Of a stretch of DNA of 64,000 nucleotides, positions 60,177 through 64,000 are shown one piece after another. Source of the stretch: an uncultured Acidobacteriota bacterium. GTDB lineage: Bacteria; Actinomycetota; Acidimicrobiia; Spongiisociales; ZC4RG35. The notes under the pieces are model-generated. The model was not told the DNA's origin. It saw only the letters and a program-made list of their open reading frames with translations, and did no database searches. The stretch lies in assembly GCA_963822895.1 (NCBI GenBank), contig CAWGJI010000014.1:51337-115336 (forward strand). The letters run 5' to 3'. The translations under genes were made by a program, and so were the position numbers. Numbering within the stretch: position 1 is the stretch's first letter; every line of letters starts with the position of its first letter.

Positions 60177-60536
60177 TCAGACCGGCTGTTTCAACAACCG
60201 GTCGCCGATGGCGTAGACCAGGGTGTGATAGACAATCGAGACCGCGGCCAGCGCCAAGCCGAGAAAGTGCTGACCCGACCCGTACCAGGCCACGGCGGCC
60301 AGACCTGAGACGACAAACTCCTGGATGAGGCGGAGCGGCTCGCCGAGCCGACCGGCGCCCCTGAAATCCACCAAACCCCAGAACCCGAAGACGATCACCG
60401 GCGCACCGATCGCCAATACGACCTTCATGACGGTCGAGTCTGGGGTCTGAAACCCCCAGACCGCGAACACGATGACGATTCCCAGTTCCATTAGCGCCCG
60501 CAATCCCACATTGAGCCATCTCAGTTTCTCAATCAT
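60177..60536 (-). CDS. DUF2568/YrdB-like small membrane protein.
   Basis: Three TM helices are predicted, with 'ELGIVIVFAVWGF'. Confidence 0.55.
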   Translation of the reverse strand: MIEKLRWLNVGLRALMELGIVIVFAVWGFQTPDSTVMKVVLAIGAPVIVFGFWGLVDFRGAGRLGEPLRLIQEFVVSGLAAVAWYGSGQHFLGLALAAVSIVYHTLVYAIGDRLLKQPV

Positions 60537-60616
60537 GGTCCGCTCGCCTCGTGATGATGCGCGATGCGGATGCTGTCACAAAAGAGACCGATATTGGGCT
60601 GGCTCGGCGAGTTCGC

Positions 60617-60853
60617 TCAGAGATCCGCCATCCCGGCGCCCTCGAGCGGCTCGACCATCTCCTCGATCACGATGGCTCCGGTGGGACAGGCCGCCGCCAC
60701 TTCACGTAGCGTGTCGTCGTCCACCGTGGTGGGGTCGAGCAGCTCCGGTTTGAGGAAGTCGCCCGTCCGCCACTCGAATGCCGAAGGGGCAAGCACGATG
60801 CAGGTGCCGGCGCCGATACAGCGCCGCCGGTCGATGATCACCCTCACTCCCAT
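60617..60853 (-). CDS. Single-cluster ferredoxin.
   Basis: 'CIGAGTC...CP' is the cluster-binding motif. The length is 78 aa. Confidence 0.7.
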   Translation of the reverse strand: MGVRVIIDRRRCIGAGTCIVLAPSAFEWRTGDFLKPELLDPTTVDDDTLREVAAACPTGAIVIEEMVEPLEGAGMADL

Positions 60854-63800
60854 GTCACACCCGCCTTGATCGCATATTCGATGGCTTCGGTCTGGCTGCC
60901 CACACCGATCTTGGCGTAGAGATGCTCCAGATCCTCGGAGACCGCCGTCTCCTCAGGTGATTTCTGTGGGCCGGAGGAGCCGGATGCGAGATCACGAAGA
61001 ATTCCCAGTTCGTTCTCGCTCAGCTCGACGCCACGGGTCTCGTCGGCGTCGGAGGCCACTGTCGGGTCGAAGCCCACCAACTCGGCGAGCTCCTTGGGTA
61101 TCGGTTGATCGAACCACTTCCCTCGGATCTCGGGGTCGGCTATCGAGGAGTGGAGGAAGCCGAGGCCGCCGAGGATCTCCGCACTCAAGGCGGTGGCCTC
61201 CGGCTCATCATTTGCGATCAAGGTCCGCGCCGCCGCCCAGAGAATGGGTATGTAGATAGACAGGTAGGTCTCACCATCGATATCGAGAGAGGCACGAGAA
61301 TGATCGGCCGCCTTGGCCAGGTCTCCTTCGGCCGCGGCCACCAATGCCAGGGCGGCATGAGCGAGGGGCTCCCACGGCAGCTTGCCGTTCATTCGACCCA
61401 CGATGCGCAAAGTCTCGTTGGCAGCCTCCTTCGCCTTCTCGAGGAGTGCCGCGTCGTTATCACGGGAACCGATTCGGGCACATTCGAGAGCAAGGCGCGA
61501 GTAGGCGGCGCAACGTTCCCCGGGGTTCTTCTGGCCCGATAGCTCGGCGACTCTCTCGAAGTGACGAATCATCGATTCGGCGTCGCCACGAAATGCGGCA
61601 TGGGAGCCACGCCACATCTCGAGGCGCCTCGCCATCGAAGTGCTTGCTACCGACATGGCGGCGTTGGCGGCACGATCCAACCAGGCACCACAGTCATCAT
61701 CAGAGCCCACCATGAGACAGGCCATTGCCGTCCCACCGGCGGCGAGGGACTCCAGCCAACGGTCGCCTAGGGCCCGCGCCGCATCGAAGGCCTCGCGGCC
61801 CCTCTCCAGAGCCATGGCCGGCTGGACGTTCTCCCGCGCATAGCTGTGGATGCTGAACAACATCAGAGCGTCGTCGCGGGCGGCTTGGCTCTCGGTCACC
61901 TCGCCCTTTCTGTTGTGATGAAGCGCCCTGATGTGCTCGATCCTCCCGGCCATCCCACGTGCGGTGGGATCGGTGACATGCGCATATGCCAAAGAGATCA
62001 GCGCCGACATCGCCCCTCGCTTGTCGCCGATCTCCTCGTAGATGTGGAGCGACCGCTCGGCGAGCTCCTTGGTCCTGGCGAACAGCGCGGGGCCCTGATA
62101 GAAGATCTCGATGCGCGAGCTCCCTTCGGCTGCAGCAGAAATGGCGGCATTCTTGACCCGTCCCGACTCGAGCACGGCAAGCTCGCGCAACGAATCGGCC
62201 TCACTCGATCGCATGTCCAATTCCTGGGCTATGGCCAGGGCGCGCTGGAACGGCTCCTCGGCGGCTTCGAAGTCGATCTCGGCGAGCGGCCAATAGCCCT
62301 CGCCGATCGGACATCGGGTGATCGCCTGTCCCAACTCGAGACAAGCGGCGAGCTCCAATTTGAGATCACCTGAGCTCTCAGCCGACTTACGTAGCCCCGT
62401 GGCCAGCTCGACAGCCATGTCGTAGTCGCCGGCGGCCCTGGCTGCGCTCGCTCGCCGCAGTTTCACGTCAGCATCGAGCTCCGGTGAGTTGACGGCCGAG
62501 GTGAGGGCTGCCATCTCGGCCAGGTTGGCGAGGCGCTCCATCCCACGGTCCAGCACGGCGAGGGCGTCGTCCTTGACACGAAGCATCTCGATACGGTCCT
62601 GAGGCTCCGAGGTGGCGGGCAAGGTGCCGTCGATGAGACGAACCGCCTCCTCGGGGGCGGACACATCCATCGCAGCCCGCGCACCTTGCAAGGCGCTCGA
62701 AACCGCCAATTCCTGGTCGCCCGCCTGCAAGGCGTGATAGGCGAGCATCGACAGGTTCTCGGTGCCACCCTCTTCGGCGAGCATCTCGGCGATGGCGCCA
62801 TGTATCGCCCGGACTCTCTGACGGGAGCTGAGGCTGAGAAGTGACGCCCGGATCTGGTCGTGGGAGAACGAGTAGTCGTACCGGGAGCCGCGCGGTTCCT
62901 CCACGATGAGACCCAAATCGATGGCGTCCCTCAGGTCCTCGCCGATCTGCCAGTCCGGCTTGGCCGGCTCATCCAGCACCCGGGCCAGGACGCGGGAGAG
63001 ATCGGCAAGGCGGAAGCGCCGACCGAGAACTCCGGCGTCTGAAAGACGAGACCGGCAGTCCTCCGAGAGCTGGGCGAGTCTCCGTTCGACCAGCGACTGG
63101 ATCGATGAGGGCACCGCCGGCCCGCTGAGCTTGGTCATCGTCCAGGTGCCGTCGATGAGCTGGAGCGCCTCTGCCTCCCGATAGGCCCGCGCCAACTCTT
63201 CGATGAAGAAGGGAACGCCCTCGGAACGGGCATGGAGACTCTCCACCATCGACTCGTCGACCGGGGCGCCGAGAAGGTTCTGAAGGAGCTCCCCTGTCTG
63301 AATCCGGGACAACCGCTGCAATCTGAGCACCTGGGTGACCCGCATCCGATCCAGGTCGGCTATCAGCTTCGAGGCGCCGCCAGAAGAGGAGTCGGAGTAG
63401 GGGCGGAGGCTGATGAGGAGAAAGATCGGACCGGACGCCACTGTCCTCACCAGATAGCGGATGAGCTGGATGCTGTCGTCATCGGCCCACTGGAGATCGT
63501 CGAGCATCAGGGCCAGCGGGCGCTCCCGCGTGAGGGCGAGCATGGTGGTGGCCACCTCGTCGAAGGTCCGAAGCATCTGCTCCTGAGGGGAGAGACCTTC
63601 CATCCTGGAGCCACGACCGGAGATCGCTTCCTGGGCATGGCTGAGCTGTTCGGATGCCATGGCCTCCCGTGCGATCGAGGACATGTGTGGCGATGTGAGC
63701 AGCGAGCGGAAAAGGAGGAAAGGCCCGCGCAGCTCCTCGTCGGCGGTGACGTCGAGGACGAAGAACGGCTGATCCCGGCTCGTCGCCATGTCGGCGGCGG

Positions 63801-63924
63801 CATCGAGCATCCTGGTCTTGCCGATCCCGGCCTCGCCCTCCAGGATCACAGCTCTCAGCCCGCTCGTCGCCGTGGCATCTAGCTGGTCGGCTACCACTTT
63901 CAGCTCCCGCTTCCTGCCCACCAC
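60844..63924 (-). CDS. Large ATP-binding LuxR-family (LAL/MalT-like) regulator: AAA + TPR/helical repeats + C-terminal LuxR HTH.
   Basis: The Walker A 'LEGEAGIGKTRML' and the C-terminal 'LSENELGILRDLASG...EDLEHLYAKIGVGSQTEAIEYAIKAGV' are present. The length is 1026 aa. Confidence 0.8.
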   Translation of the reverse strand: MVGRKRELKVVADQLDATATSGLRAVILEGEAGIGKTRMLDAAADMATSRDQPFFVLDVTADEELRGPFLLFRSLLTSPHMSSIAREAMASEQLSHAQEAISGRGSRMEGLSPQEQMLRTFDEVATTMLALTRERPLALMLDDLQWADDDSIQLIRYLVRTVASGPIFLLISLRPYSDSSSGGASKLIADLDRMRVTQVLRLQRLSRIQTGELLQNLLGAPVDESMVESLHARSEGVPFFIEELARAYREAEALQLIDGTWTMTKLSGPAVPSSIQSLVERRLAQLSEDCRSRLSDAGVLGRRFRLADLSRVLARVLDEPAKPDWQIGEDLRDAIDLGLIVEEPRGSRYDYSFSHDQIRASLLSLSSRQRVRAIHGAIAEMLAEEGGTENLSMLAYHALQAGDQELAVSSALQGARAAMDVSAPEEAVRLIDGTLPATSEPQDRIEMLRVKDDALAVLDRGMERLANLAEMAALTSAVNSPELDADVKLRRASAARAAGDYDMAVELATGLRKSAESSGDLKLELAACLELGQAITRCPIGEGYWPLAEIDFEAAEEPFQRALAIAQELDMRSSEADSLRELAVLESGRVKNAAISAAAEGSSRIEIFYQGPALFARTKELAERSLHIYEEIGDKRGAMSALISLAYAHVTDPTARGMAGRIEHIRALHHNRKGEVTESQAARDDALMLFSIHSYARENVQPAMALERGREAFDAARALGDRWLESLAAGGTAMACLMVGSDDDCGAWLDRAANAAMSVASTSMARRLEMWRGSHAAFRGDAESMIRHFERVAELSGQKNPGERCAAYSRLALECARIGSRDNDAALLEKAKEAANETLRIVGRMNGKLPWEPLAHAALALVAAAEGDLAKAADHSRASLDIDGETYLSIYIPILWAAARTLIANDEPEATALSAEILGGLGFLHSSIADPEIRGKWFDQPIPKELAELVGFDPTVASDADETRGVELSENELGILRDLASGSSGPQKSPEETAVSEDLEHLYAKIGVGSQTEAIEYAIKAGVTWE

Positions 63925-64000
63925 CGGCGCCGTGGTTCGTGGCGACTCGTGATCGAAGGCTGCAGCAGAGGCGGCGCGGGTCTCCCTCGACGGCCTGGCT

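Overview
This 64 kb window is high-GC (about 65%) and looks like a chromosomal segment from an actinobacterium-type genome. No rRNA, tRNA, CRISPR array or IS/transposase genes were found. The contents, 5' to 3', are as follows. (1) The 3' part of a secreted ExeM/NucH-type nuclease with an internal tandem duplication, a two-component pair, a secreted beta-propeller lactonase and a septum-formation-family zinc-ribbon membrane protein. (2) A PRX-like2 redoxin whose CxxC cysteine codon is an in-frame TGA followed by a hairpin, which makes it a candidate selenoprotein. (3) A short-chain dehydrogenase (SDR)–DUF2867 gene and proS. (4) A 5-kb hotspot with four toxin–antitoxin (TA)-like pairs: MazEF-like, two diverged VapBC copies flanking an lhgO gene, and an HTH-XRE plus nucleotidyltransferase-fold pair behind a tandem palindromic operator. 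(5) A roughly 18-kb carbohydrate and sugar-acid utilisation region. It carries a LacI regulator, an enolase-superfamily dehydratase, two ABC sugar transporters, an L-fuconate-dehydratase-like gene, an amidohydrolase-2 lactonase, an epimerase, a KduD-like SDR, a fused-looking alcohol dehydrogenase (ADH)–IclR reading frame, eda and kdgK. At least six of its genes are broken by apparent +1 frameshifts or missing stop codons. (6) A second, dispersed copy of the lhgO segment. (7) A signalling-rich stretch: three class-III nucleotidyl-cyclase-domain proteins including a cyclase–AAA–TPR STAND protein, a PadR–2TM–sensor module, an orphan TOPRIM/OLD-like protein and a large LuxR/LAL regulator. (8) Assorted metabolic genes: diaminopropionate ammonia-lyase (PLP-dependent), an aldo-keto reductase (AKR), DUF2255 with an upstream AKR remnant, an arylamine N-acetyltransferase, a major-facilitator (MFS) transporter, an ECF sigma/anti-sigma pair, a GH5–CBM32 glycoside hydrolase, an SDR, an FAD oxidase, a metallo-beta-lactamase-fold (MBL) hydrolase and a ferredoxin. 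CDS coordinates come from the six-frame ORF track. Positions derived by counting along the sequence lines may be off by ±1–3 nt.
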